Positions 9,393 through 18,602 of a DNA stretch of 64,000 nt are shown here, in pieces. Numbering within the stretch: the first letter of the stretch is position 1; every line of letters starts with the position of its first letter. This stretch comes from an uncultured Verrucomicrobiae bacterium (GTDB lineage Bacteria > Verrucomicrobiota > Verrucomicrobiia > Chthoniobacterales > UBA10450). Position numbers and translations under genes: made by a program. Where the stretch lies: the NCBI GenBank assembly GCA_963735805.1, contig CAVTMK010000002.1, positions 64,001-128,000 of the forward strand. The letters are read 5' to 3'. The notes below the pieces were generated by a model that saw only the letters and a list, made by a program, of their open reading frames with translations, was not told the DNA's origin and ran no database searches.

Positions 9393-9635
9393 TTACTCGG
9401 AGCGGCCTCGAAGCAGGCGGATCAGAAACGTGGTCAAACCTTCAAGGAGAACGGCCTGACCTACGATTAACAAAATCGCTAGTCCGGCGTAGAGATATCG
9501 ATGATGAATTTCGAGCTGATACAACCATTGTCCCAGGAAATGGAGCACCAGGAAAAAGTAGGCCGTGACAAGAAGCGCGTAGATTACGAGTTCAATCGCA
9601 AAGGCGCGGACAGTCTTGACAGTTTCTTTTTTCAT
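9393..9635 (-). CDS. Small 2-TM hypothetical protein
   Basis: Two hydrophobic helices; 4 bp upstream of the TauE gene. Confidence 0.7.
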   Translation of the reverse strand: MKKETVKTVRAFAIELVIYALLVTAYFFLVLHFLGQWLYQLEIHHRYLYAGLAILLIVGQAVLLEGLTTFLIRLLRGRSE

Positions 9636-9766
9636 CAGAAGCGGTCGATGCGCTATCTCTTAACGTGTCAGCGGCACCTGGTGGTTGCGTGCAATCACGT
9701 TAAGGCGCAAATTGTTTGCGCTGCGAGCGTTTCTTTCTAGCGTTCCACTCACTTTACGGGGAAACC

Positions 9767-10000
9767 ATGGCCGACGTCGCAAACAAATACGCCGAAAACG
9801 TACCGGGCAAATTCTACGTCGATGATCAATGCATCGATTGCGATTTGTGCCGCGAAACTGCGCCTGCCAATTTCAAGCGGAACGATGACGGCGGTCACTC
9901 CTATGTCTATAAACAGCCGGAGACACCGGAAGAAGAGGGCCTTTGCAAAGAAGCGATGGAAGGTTGCCCGGTAGAAGCAATCGGCAACGACGGCGCGTGA
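9767..10000 (+). CDS. Ferredoxin (single Fe-S cluster)
   Basis: CIDCDLC...CPVEAI. Confidence 0.93.
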   Translation: MADVANKYAENVPGKFYVDDQCIDCDLCRETAPANFKRNDDGGHSYVYKQPETPEEEGLCKEAMEGCPVEAIGNDGA

Positions 10001-10003
10001 ATA

Positions 10004-10028
10004 GTAGGGCGCGACCGATCGGCGCGCC
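10004..10028 (+). repeat. GTAG-type REP-like hairpin
   Basis: GTAG-GGCGCG-accgatcgg-CGCGCC immediately after the ferredoxin stop. Confidence 0.5.
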
Positions 10029-10032
10029 GCGA

Positions 10033-10896
10033 ATGCGTGTGAATGCGCAAGCAAAAGCCGAACGCCCAACGGCCAGGGCCCGACGCCCGACTAAAAACGT
10101 TCCAGTCGCACTAAGCATAGCGGGTTCCGACAGTAGCGCCGGAGCTGGTATTCAGGCTGATCTTAAAACCTTTTCGGCGCTCGGTGTTTATGGATTGACC
10201 GCCGTCACCTGTGTCGTAGCCGAAATTCCCGGAAAAGTTTCGCGAATTGAGCCGGTCACTGGAGAAATTGTTCGGGAGCAGACTGAAGTACTCGCAAAGA
10301 ATTTTCCGATTGCGGCAATAAAGACTGGTCTGCTTTGCTCCGGCGAAATCATTTCTGCTGTTGCAAGGGCAATACGGGACATAGCCAAGATGCCTATGCC
10401 GCGGATTCCACTGGTCATTGACCCGGTCTTTATCGCAACGAGCGGCGATCCTCTAATTGAACCGGCAGGTATCGAAACTTATGAAAAGGAATTGTTCCCA
10501 CTCGCCAACTTAATTACGCCAAATCTTGACGAAGCGGGGCGGTTACTTGGAAGGAAGATCAAAGATCAACAATCGATGCATATTGCGGGGAAAGAGTTGC
10601 AGAACAAATACGGAACCGGAATTCTTCTCAAGGGCGGTCACCTGCAGGGTGACTACGCGATCGATTTGCTCTTTGTCGAAGGAAAAGTCATCGAGTTTTC
10701 AGCCCCCAAAACTTCCGGGGTGGCAACCCATGGCACCGGCTGCATTTATTCTGCCGCGATCACGGCTGGTCTTGCCCTGGGCCGACCTCTCGAAAAAGCG
10801 ATCAGCGAGGCCAAGAAATTCGTGACCAAATCGATCCAGAATCATTTGCAATGGGGTGGCCTTCACGCGTTGAATCCAGGCATTGTAGAACTGTAA
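10033..10896 (+). CDS. thiD: Hydroxymethylpyrimidine/phosphomethylpyrimidine kinase (start uncertain)
   Basis: ALSIAGSDSSAGAGIQADLKTF, VIDPV, ITPNLDEA, LKGGH, THGTGC. Confidence 0.93.
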   Translation: MRVNAQAKAERPTARARRPTKNVPVALSIAGSDSSAGAGIQADLKTFSALGVYGLTAVTCVVAEIPGKVSRIEPVTGEIVREQTEVLAKNFPIAAIKTGLLCSGEIISAVARAIRDIAKMPMPRIPLVIDPVFIATSGDPLIEPAGIETYEKELFPLANLITPNLDEAGRLLGRKIKDQQSMHIAGKELQNKYGTGILLKGGHLQGDYAIDLLFVEGKVIEFSAPKTSGVATHGTGCIYSAAITAGLALGRPLEKAISEAKKFVTKSIQNHLQWGGLHALNPGIVEL

Positions 10897-10983
10897 TGGC
10901 AGGCATGTCGTATGCGGAAAACACAAGGGCGTGCGCGCGGCATGACGCTCCCTTCAAACGCGGCGCTGGCTACTAGGCAGTCC

Positions 10984-11682
10984 CTACTGGTCCTTCTTCT
11001 CTTCTTCCCAACGCTTTAACTGCATCGCTTCCAATGCGGCCACAGTTTCCGCTTGTTTTTTGCTGCGCCCGCTGCCCTGGCCCAGAACGATTCCCTCCCA
11101 AACAACCTGCGAGACAAATGTCTTCTCATGCTCTGGCCCGCTTTGTGAAACTAATTCATAAACCGGACTCCGCGGCGAGATGCTTTGGAGTAACTCCTGA
11201 AGCTGACCCTTTGGGTTTATGTCCACGGGTGTTTCCGCCAGTTGCTCGAGATCATCGCGGGTCTGCGTCAAAATGAACTCTTTCGCTGGCTCGAGACCGC
11301 CGTCGAGGTAGATGGCGCCGATGAGCGCTTCAAACGCGTCGGCCAATGTGGATGTGCGTCCCCGTCCGCCGCTGCTTTCTTCGCCGCGTCCCATTAGAAT
11401 GTAGCGCCCCAACTCGAGCGTGGCAGCATGCGCCCTCAACGCCTCGCGAGAAACCAGCCGCGAGCGTAGTTTCGTGAGTTGACCTTCGGCTTCGGCTCGA
11501 AAATGCCGGAACAGATACTCGGTAATAACAAGCTGCAGTACGGCGTCGCCCAAGAATTCCAACCGCTGATAATCAAAGTGGTGGCGTTGCGCTTCATGGC
11601 CGAGACTCGGGTGCGTAAGCGCCTCCGCCAGCAAAAGTGAGTTCCGGAATTTGTAGCCGATGCGTTCTTCGAGAGGTGTCAC
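10984..11682 (-). CDS. rnc: Ribonuclease III
   Basis: ALTHPS, RLEFLGDAVL, ADAFEALIGAIYLD, C-terminal dsRBD. Confidence 0.96.
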   Translation of the reverse strand: MTPLEERIGYKFRNSLLLAEALTHPSLGHEAQRHHFDYQRLEFLGDAVLQLVITEYLFRHFRAEAEGQLTKLRSRLVSREALRAHAATLELGRYILMGRGEESSGGRGRTSTLADAFEALIGAIYLDGGLEPAKEFILTQTRDDLEQLAETPVDINPKGQLQELLQSISPRSPVYELVSQSGPEHEKTFVSQVVWEGIVLGQGSGRSKKQAETVAALEAMQLKRWEEEKKDQ

Positions 11683-11687
11683 TTCTT

Positions 11688-11717
11688 TGCCATTCTGAGC
11701 GAAATCAAAAAATCTCT
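11688..11717 (+). repeat. Degenerate REP-like repeat copy
   Basis: tgccattctgagcgaaatcaaaaaatctct resembles 36708-36737. Confidence 0.55.
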
Positions 11718-11812
11718 CAACTCAGTATAACGGTTGCGGTTTGCCTGCGTGGAACAAGGCTCCCGGTAACGACAAAACCAATGGACAACCAGATCCTCGA
11801 AGATGTGGTTTG

Positions 11813-12937
11813 TTATCGCTTTTGATAAACCTCGAGCGAGGTGATCACATCCAATGCACGCTGTAACACCGGATCGTGCGCTGGGGACTTCTCCGGCGCG
11901 CGGCCGCGGCGTTGCTGCGCTGCCTCGGCTGCTTCGACCTCAGGATTTGTTCCGGCTAACAGTGCCGCCTCGTTCATGTGCGGCCGGCCCCCTTCGTAGA
12001 CAAAGGGCCCCATTCCTTTTTCGCCGCTCAGTTGGAAAATCTGTCGTTTGTCTGCTGTCGACATCTCCACCGGCAAATCGGGTTTCACGCCGTCGGGATA
12101 TAATGAACGGCCGTCAGGAGAAACCATTTCCGCTGCGGCAACGCGCAGAATCTTGCCACTCGGTAGAGACAAATCGGAATATTCAGCGGCGCGACCCGCA
12201 GTCGCTTGTCCGATGAGCAGCGCCCTATTGTAAAATCGCAGCGCAGCAGCGACCGCCTCGGCTGCACCAATCGTATCGGCGTCCGTAAGTACCATTACCA
12301 GGCCGCGAAATGCCGGGTCGCGATCCGAACTGAAGACGCGGTCCTGACGAGCGGCCGGCTTGTGCAAGGTGAAAAGCGTTTTGCCCTTTGGACAAAACCG
12401 TTTTGCAAATTCGGCCGCCAACGCCAAATCAGGTGTTGCCTGACTGGCGCGAAGATCCACAATGAGCGCGTCCACGTTTTTCGCAGCGAAATTGCCAAGG
12501 CTCTTGTCCAGCGCTTGGAGGTTGGCTGCATTGAATGAACCGACACGCACGTAGCCGACGTGCCCGCCGATAATCTCACTGTAAAAGACGCTCCCTGCTT
12601 CCGTAGGCGCGTTTTCCTTGGCGGGCAAAAGCGTCACGCCGCGCGGCAACCGCACCATGAGGCCCTCGACCGTCGCCCGATTCAATTCGGTGTCGGTCGT
12701 TGCATCCGGATTTGTAAAATTAGTTTTCAATAGCGTGATGACTGCCTGCAGGTCGGCCGGGCTTAACGAATTGACCAGGTCTTCTGCTGTCGGGCTGGCC
12801 GACGGCGAAGGCGACGCGGCGGCCGACGGTCCTGCCAGAGCTGGCTTGCCTGGAGCAACTACAGTCGGCGGAGTTTGCGCCACTGCGGTTATCGCCAGGA
12901 CGAAGCTAATGAAGGACAACGATGTGGTTTGATGCAT
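11813..12937 (-). CDS. S41 (tail-specific protease) family-like exported protein
   Basis: Signal peptide; VGYVRV, LIVDLR, LIGQATAG, GVKPDLPV, DPVLQRALD. Confidence 0.8.
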   Translation of the reverse strand: MHQTTSLSFISFVLAITAVAQTPPTVVAPGKPALAGPSAAASPSPSASPTAEDLVNSLSPADLQAVITLLKTNFTNPDATTDTELNRATVEGLMVRLPRGVTLLPAKENAPTEAGSVFYSEIIGGHVGYVRVGSFNAANLQALDKSLGNFAAKNVDALIVDLRASQATPDLALAAEFAKRFCPKGKTLFTLHKPAARQDRVFSSDRDPAFRGLVMVLTDADTIGAAEAVAAALRFYNRALLIGQATAGRAAEYSDLSLPSGKILRVAAAEMVSPDGRSLYPDGVKPDLPVEMSTADKRQIFQLSGEKGMGPFVYEGGRPHMNEAALLAGTNPEVEAAEAAQQRRGRAPEKSPAHDPVLQRALDVITSLEVYQKR

Positions 12938-13016
12938 CGAAAACTAGATGCCGACCTATAACGCATTTTCTAATTGTGCGAAAATTCGAAATCCGGATAC
13001 CGAAATAGGGATTCTT

Positions 13017-14285
13017 TCAGTTAGTTGCGCACAGAGCAATATCGCGGCGGTAGTGGGAGTTTTCGAAATGAATGCGGGAGGTGGCCTCATATGCGCGTGC
13101 GCGTGCGGCTTCCAGTGTCGATCCAAGCGCGGTAACAGCGAGAACGCGACCGCCAGCACTTTTAATTTCGCCATCGGCGCGTTTAGTGCCTGCGTGAAAA
13201 ATCTGAACGTTTTCGAGCTTTGCTGCATCGTCGAGACCCGAAATCGTTTTGCCAGTTTCGTATTTGTCAGGGTACCCGGCAGACGCGAGTACGACCGTAA
13301 CTGCGGTGCGCGTGTCCCATTCAATCGCACACTTGCCGAGATTTCCGTCAATTGTCGCTTCCAACAGCGGTAGGAGATCGGATTTCATCCGGGGCAAAAG
13401 CGCCTGTGTCTCCGGGTCGCCGAAACGGCAATTAAACTCCAGGACGCGTAGGCCATCGCCGGTAATTATCAAACCCGGGTAAAGAAGCCCGCGAAATGTG
13501 ATTTTTTCTTGTAGGAGCCCGCGAAGCACCGGTTGCATGATGTCCGCCTCGAATTGCGATTGCAGTTTCTTGTTCCAATTGTTGGCAGGGCTGAAAGCGC
13601 CCATCCCTCCCGTGTTGTCGCCCTCATCGCCATCCAGAGCGCGTTTGTGATCGCGCGCCGATTCCAGCAGACAGTAAGTGCTCCCATCGACCAGGGCGTG
13701 CAGCGAACATTCCGTTCCACTCAAAAAATCCTCGATCACGATACGCTGACCGGCGCCCGCAAAGCGACCTTGGTTCATCATTTCATCAACCGCGGATTTC
13801 GCGGCGGCAACATCGCTGGCGATGATTACTCCTTTTCCCAGGGCAAGGCCGTCTGCTTTGATTACAACAGGAAATTTTAGTCGTTCGCAATAATGCAGCG
13901 CTTCGCCGCTGTCGGAAAACGCCTTTGCCTGGGCGGTGGGGATTTTGTTCGCACGCATCAGTTCTTTCGCAAAAATCTTGGACGCCTCAATGCGTGCCGC
14001 CGACTTCGTCGGACCAAACACGCGCAATTTTTCACCAGTGAACAGATCCACAATCCCTGCGGCAAGAGGATCGTCCGGACCAACCACTGTCAGGTCGATA
14101 CGGTTTTCCTTGGCGAAACGAGCAAGCGCCTTCAAATCACCAGCGGGAATGGACACATTTTCAGCAATCTCCGCAGTGCCTGCGTTCCCCGGTGCGCAAA
14201 AAATGCGCTCGGTTTGCGGAGATTGCTTCAGTTTCCAAGTCAGCGCGTGTTCGCGTCCGCCGCCGCCAATAAGCAGAATTTTCAT
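13017..14285 (-). CDS. purD: Phosphoribosylamine-glycine ligase
   Basis: MKILLIGGGGREHAL, APGNAG, KADGLALGKGV, NTGGMGA, EFNCRFGDPETQ, GGRVL. Confidence 0.97.
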   Translation of the reverse strand: MKILLIGGGGREHALTWKLKQSPQTERIFCAPGNAGTAEIAENVSIPAGDLKALARFAKENRIDLTVVGPDDPLAAGIVDLFTGEKLRVFGPTKSAARIEASKIFAKELMRANKIPTAQAKAFSDSGEALHYCERLKFPVVIKADGLALGKGVIIASDVAAAKSAVDEMMNQGRFAGAGQRIVIEDFLSGTECSLHALVDGSTYCLLESARDHKRALDGDEGDNTGGMGAFSPANNWNKKLQSQFEADIMQPVLRGLLQEKITFRGLLYPGLIITGDGLRVLEFNCRFGDPETQALLPRMKSDLLPLLEATIDGNLGKCAIEWDTRTAVTVVLASAGYPDKYETGKTISGLDDAAKLENVQIFHAGTKRADGEIKSAGGRVLAVTALGSTLEAARARAYEATSRIHFENSHYRRDIALCATN

Positions 14286-14344
14286 GACGAAAAGTAGCGT
14301 AACCGTGTCGGTTACACTGCGAATTCGCAAGCCCCAAGGCGGTA

Positions 14345-15421
14345 CTATTCTTCCGATCGCGATTCAGCCGGTAAGATCGACAAGTCCAATTTCTCGGTGT
14401 GCCGGATGATAGTAAGCTTCGCGTTAACTCCAATTTGTTCGCTAACCAGAACCTTGTGCAGATGATGTACGCTCCCAATAGGCTGATCGTTGAACGCAAC
14501 AATCAGGTCCCCCTCGTGCAATGCGGCGCGCTCTGCAGGACTATTCTTTTCGACCGAAACGACAAGGACACCCGTCTCAAGGGGTAAACTATAAAATCGG
14601 ACGATTCTCCGGTGAAGCGGCACGTTCTGCCCTGCCACACCGATGTAACTGCGTCGGATCTTGCCCTCTTTGATCAGCCAGCCGGCTACAAATTTAGCGG
14701 TGTTACTGGCGATTGCGAAACAGATACCTTGCGCCGGTCGAATCATCGCGGTGTTTACGCCCACCACTTCACCGGCTGAATTGACCAGGGGTCCGCCGGA
14801 GTTGCCCGGATTCAAGGCCGCGTCGGTTTGGATAATGTTATCAATCAACCGGCCGGATTGCCCGTGCATCGAGCGGCCGAGCGCGCTGATTACGCCTGCT
14901 GTGACGCTCGCCTGGAAACCAAGGGGATTTCCAATCGCGATCACCAGCTGGCCAACACGCAAATGCTCCGAATCGGCCAGGCGCACGTGCGTAAGTTGAG
15001 GCGCATCGATTCGAATGACGGCGAGATCGGTGTCCGGATCGTCGCCGGTCAGTTGTGCCGGATATTCGCGGCCATCCGGCAAATTGACAGTGATCGAATT
15101 CGCCCCATGAACGACATGACTGTTAGTCAGAATGAATCCATCAGGGGTGATGATGAAACCCGAACCGTTTCCACTAAGCTCGCGCGCCCCGCGCCGGAGG
15201 TTGATGCGTTGTTTGATGTCGATGTTCACTACCGTCGGGGAAATCCGCGCGACAGCACTCACGACGGTCCGCGAGTATGCATCGAGCAACGCGGAATCGT
15301 CCTGTCCTGCTGCGTCGGCGTCGAGGTCCCTGATCGTTGGCGGTGAAGCACCAAAGTCCGTCTCGTTTAAAAGAAAATCTGTGGGAAGAGCGTTTTCCTT
15401 GGTAAGAGATGCAATTGTCAT
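14345..15421 (-). CDS. Trypsin-like serine protease with PDZ domain (HtrA/DegP-like, no signal peptide)
   Basis: GSGF, LTNSHV, DLAV, QTDAALNPGNSGGPL, C-terminal PDZ. Confidence 0.93.
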   Translation of the reverse strand: MTIASLTKENALPTDFLLNETDFGASPPTIRDLDADAAGQDDSALLDAYSRTVVSAVARISPTVVNIDIKQRINLRRGARELSGNGSGFIITPDGFILTNSHVVHGANSITVNLPDGREYPAQLTGDDPDTDLAVIRIDAPQLTHVRLADSEHLRVGQLVIAIGNPLGFQASVTAGVISALGRSMHGQSGRLIDNIIQTDAALNPGNSGGPLVNSAGEVVGVNTAMIRPAQGICFAIASNTAKFVAGWLIKEGKIRRSYIGVAGQNVPLHRRIVRFYSLPLETGVLVVSVEKNSPAERAALHEGDLIVAFNDQPIGSVHHLHKVLVSEQIGVNAKLTIIRHTEKLDLSILPAESRSEE

Positions 15422-15538
15422 AGCGTAAATTTCGGACTGGCAAACCCCCAGTCAACTACATATCCTTTCAGCTGGTACGGGCTTTCTCGCATGTTACTCT
15501 CCCCTTGCGCGTTACCGTGAACTGTTTTACACAGGAGC

Positions 15539-15925
15539 GTGGGAAAAGTTTCTATCCCTTCCGTTCTGGACGCGCAGTGTCCGTCCCGGCTGGTGCTCGA
15601 CCGAATCGCCGATAAATGGACAGCTCTTATTATTCAAATCCTGGCGCGCGGGACCATGCGTTACGCCGCCTTACAGCGCGAGATTGGCGACATTTCGCAA
15701 AAAATGCTCACGCAGACGTTGCGCAGTCTTGAGCGCGACGGCTTGGTGCAACGGACGGTCCACCCCGTTGTGCCTCCAAAAGTGGAATACTCCCTCACGC
15801 GACTAGGTCGCACCTTGATTGAGCCGTTGCACGCGCTTTGTCGCTGGTCGGAAAAGCATCTTGCTGAGCTTCAAGCGAATCGCGCCCGGGCGAAGACTGT
15901 AGCTGCGGTCGCTGACCGCGGCTGA
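15539..15925 (+). CDS. HxlR family winged-helix transcriptional regulator
   Basis: CP...LD.IADKW, ISQKMLTQTLRSLERDGLV, PPKVEYSLT; AGGAG RBS. Confidence 0.93.
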   Translation: MGKVSIPSVLDAQCPSRLVLDRIADKWTALIIQILARGTMRYAALQREIGDISQKMLTQTLRSLERDGLVQRTVHPVVPPKVEYSLTRLGRTLIEPLHALCRWSEKHLAELQANRARAKTVAAVADRG

Positions 15926-15985
15926 TGAAAGTATCGTTCGCGCCGGCCTGGCTAGTTAGGGCGGGCACAGCAATAGCCATCTGAT

Positions 15986-17569
15986 ATGCATCAAGCGGAA
16001 ATTATCGTTCTTCTATTCACGGTTGTCGCGGCATCGGTCTTTGTTGCGCGCAAGATGGCGCTGCCGTATCCGGTCGTGCTGGTGCTTGTGGGGTTGGTCT
16101 TGAGTTTCGTTCCACGTTTGCCCGAGGTGAAACTCGATCCAAACATCGTTTTCTATTTCTTTTTGCCGCCTCTGCTTTATCCAGCCGCATTGTTCACTTC
16201 GTGGCGCGATTTTCGGCGAAATCTGCGGCCAATTGTCATGCTCGCTATTGGGTTGGTGCTTTTCACGATGATCGTAGTCGCCTCCGTGGCGCACTCGCTT
16301 ATTCCATCCTTGCCGTGGGCGGCAGCTTTTGCCTTGGGCGCAATCGTTTCTCCTCCTGATGCGGTTGCGGCTACGAGTATAATTCGCCGGCTGGCGGTGC
16401 CGCACCGGACCGTCAGCATTCTGGAAGGCGAAAGCCTGTTGAACGACGCCACAGCGCTGGTGGCGTTGCAGTTTGCGGTGGTAGCGATGATGACAGGCAA
16501 ATTCTCACTTGGCCAGGCATCGTTGCGTTTCGTCTGGGCTGCGGCAGGCGGAATCGGACTCGGCTTGCTCGTGGGCGTGGCGATTCGATGGGTTCAGCGA
16601 CATCTTGACGATCCACCGGTCCAAATCACTATTTCATTGCTTACGCCGTTTCTCGCGTATTTGCCGGCAGAGCGCTTGCACGCCTCGGGCGTCCTGGCCG
16701 TGGTTGCCGCCGGAATTTATCTTGGCTGGCACTCCCCATTGATTGTGACGGCGCGATATCGTTTGCAGGCATTCGCCTTCTGGGAAATCGTGGTCTTCCT
16801 TCTGAACGGTTTTGTTTTCACGGCTATCGGTCTTCAATTGCCGGGAATTTTGAGATCGCTCGGAAGCGAATCTCTTCTTTCGCCCATTGAGAATGCGCTT
16901 CTCATTAGTGCTGCGGTTGTGCTGGTACGGATCGCGTGGGTTTTTCCAGGCGCATATCTGCCGTTTTTGCTGCACAAGAGAGTGCGTCGACGCGAGCCTC
17001 TCCCGGAGTGGCAAGATGTGACGGTCATGGCCTGGTCGGGAATGCGCGGGGTGGTCTCGCTGGCGGCCGCATTTGCTCTTCCCTATGTCTTACCGGACGG
17101 CAGCCCGTTCCCAGGAAGAAACTATATTTTGTTTCTGACGTTTGCTGTGATTTTAGTGACCCTGTTGTTCCAAGGTCTGACGCTACCGATCGTGATCCAA
17201 AAACTTTGCATCAAAGCCGATAATTCAACCGACGAAGAGGAGCGAACCGCACGGTTAAAAGCCAACCAGGCGGCAATCGAATCGATCGAACAGCTTCGTG
17301 TCAGCGGCGAGTTTTCTCCCGATACGGTGGATCGTTTGCGCGCCGAGTACGACGAACGCGTCGAGCAATTGCAACTTTGCGCCGAAAACCCCGACGATTG
17401 CCGCGGCGAAATCGCGACACCACAATATCAGCGTTTGCAACGCCGGGCCCTTCGTGTTGAAAGGCAAACCATCATTCGTTTACGAAACGAGCGCGTGATC
17501 AACGACGATGCATTGCGGCGTATTCAGCGTGACCTGGATCTTGCAGAAGCGCGCCTCACCGGAAGTTAG
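15986..17569 (+). CDS. Na+/H+ antiporter (CPA1 family)
   Basis: FLPPLLY, SPPDAVA, LEGESLLNDA, GMRGVVSLAAA. Confidence 0.93.
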   Translation: MHQAEIIVLLFTVVAASVFVARKMALPYPVVLVLVGLVLSFVPRLPEVKLDPNIVFYFFLPPLLYPAALFTSWRDFRRNLRPIVMLAIGLVLFTMIVVASVAHSLIPSLPWAAAFALGAIVSPPDAVAATSIIRRLAVPHRTVSILEGESLLNDATALVALQFAVVAMMTGKFSLGQASLRFVWAAAGGIGLGLLVGVAIRWVQRHLDDPPVQITISLLTPFLAYLPAERLHASGVLAVVAAGIYLGWHSPLIVTARYRLQAFAFWEIVVFLLNGFVFTAIGLQLPGILRSLGSESLLSPIENALLISAAVVLVRIAWVFPGAYLPFLLHKRVRRREPLPEWQDVTVMAWSGMRGVVSLAAAFALPYVLPDGSPFPGRNYILFLTFAVILVTLLFQGLTLPIVIQKLCIKADNSTDEEERTARLKANQAAIESIEQLRVSGEFSPDTVDRLRAEYDERVEQLQLCAENPDDCRGEIATPQYQRLQRRALRVERQTIIRLRNERVINDDALRRIQRDLDLAEARLTGS

Positions 17570-17651
17570 AGGTTGAGATTTAGGAGCAGGAATGCAGTGG
17601 GGCACAAGATCGCGACCGCGGGTTTAAACACTGGCCCTAACACCAGTCATA

Positions 17652-18536
17652 CTAAAAACCGTACCGTGTTGGCCAATCTTTGGCTGGTCCGCCCAGCTGC
17701 GTAGCACAGGTTTTCAGTTCTTTCTTGAAGACTTTAGCCAGGTGCGATCGTACGTTATCTGGCAGGGGCAGCTTCTCCATCCTTGTCCAACTGTTATAAT
17801 CCGCCGGCAATCGATTGCCTGGCTTGTCGGGATCAGCACCCAGGAAACGAACGATAGAGCGCCGCAGTTCAGCAGGATCGGTTTGCAGATCATCAAAGAA
17901 ATAGACCCGAAACTGCTCCGGATGGACACGGCGTTTCCAGCGCGCTACGACGGCACTCGGGTACGAACGCAACCGCATCCCGCGGCGGAACAAATTCCGA
18001 TCAACTTCGTCGATGTCAGATACATCGAACGGCTCAATCTGGCGGTAATGCACTTCCATGGACAAATGTGACCACACTCGCTCAACTGGATCGCGCGCCA
18101 AAAAAATCACCTTTAGGTCCGGGAAGTATCCGACAACTTGCCGAATGACGTCGTCACTGAGCGTCGAATAATTTGGCGAAATATCGCCTGAAAGATGCGA
18201 TGCCTTGGCTTCAAATAGGCGCCCATAATTCTCAAGGTCGATATCTGATTCAACGCTAAGGCTCTCGAGTTGCTTCAGAAATCGAAGATCGCGATCATCT
18301 CTGCAGCGTGGACGAGCTGCGCGTTGAACTCTGCTGAGCTGATCAAAGTAATGAAGTTCCTTAACAGGAGGCATCCAGAAATCAGGATGGGAATCGAGTT
18401 GCTGATAAAGCCATGTGGTTCCGGCTTTATGGGCTCCAATACACAAAAAATCGGGCGCCGCAGCGCTGGGAGACAAGTTCGCTTCCTTATTTCTTCCATT
18501 GCGACCGCGAGTATTGAACGGCCAGGCCCATCTCAC
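17652..18536 (-). CDS. Sulfotransferase family protein
   Basis: PDFLCIGAHKAGTTWLY (5'-PSB), KELHYFD, RDPVERVWS (3'-PB). Confidence 0.9.
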   Translation of the reverse strand: MRWAWPFNTRGRNGRNKEANLSPSAAAPDFLCIGAHKAGTTWLYQQLDSHPDFWMPPVKELHYFDQLSRVQRAARPRCRDDRDLRFLKQLESLSVESDIDLENYGRLFEAKASHLSGDISPNYSTLSDDVIRQVVGYFPDLKVIFLARDPVERVWSHLSMEVHYRQIEPFDVSDIDEVDRNLFRRGMRLRSYPSAVVARWKRRVHPEQFRVYFFDDLQTDPAELRRSIVRFLGADPDKPGNRLPADYNSWTRMEKLPLPDNVRSHLAKVFKKELKTCATQLGGPAKDWPTRYGF

Positions 18537-18563
18537 GTTTCATTCCCTCCCCGTTAAAGTTTA

Positions 18564-18578
18564 TGGCACGGACATTGC
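18564..18578 (+). promoter_or_regulatory. Sigma54-type -24/-12 consensus
   Basis: TGGCACG-GACA-TTGC, exact spacing; oriented antisense to both flanking genes. Confidence 0.4.
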
Positions 18579-18602
18579 GCCATGGTGAATCGCGTCGGCG
18601 TC

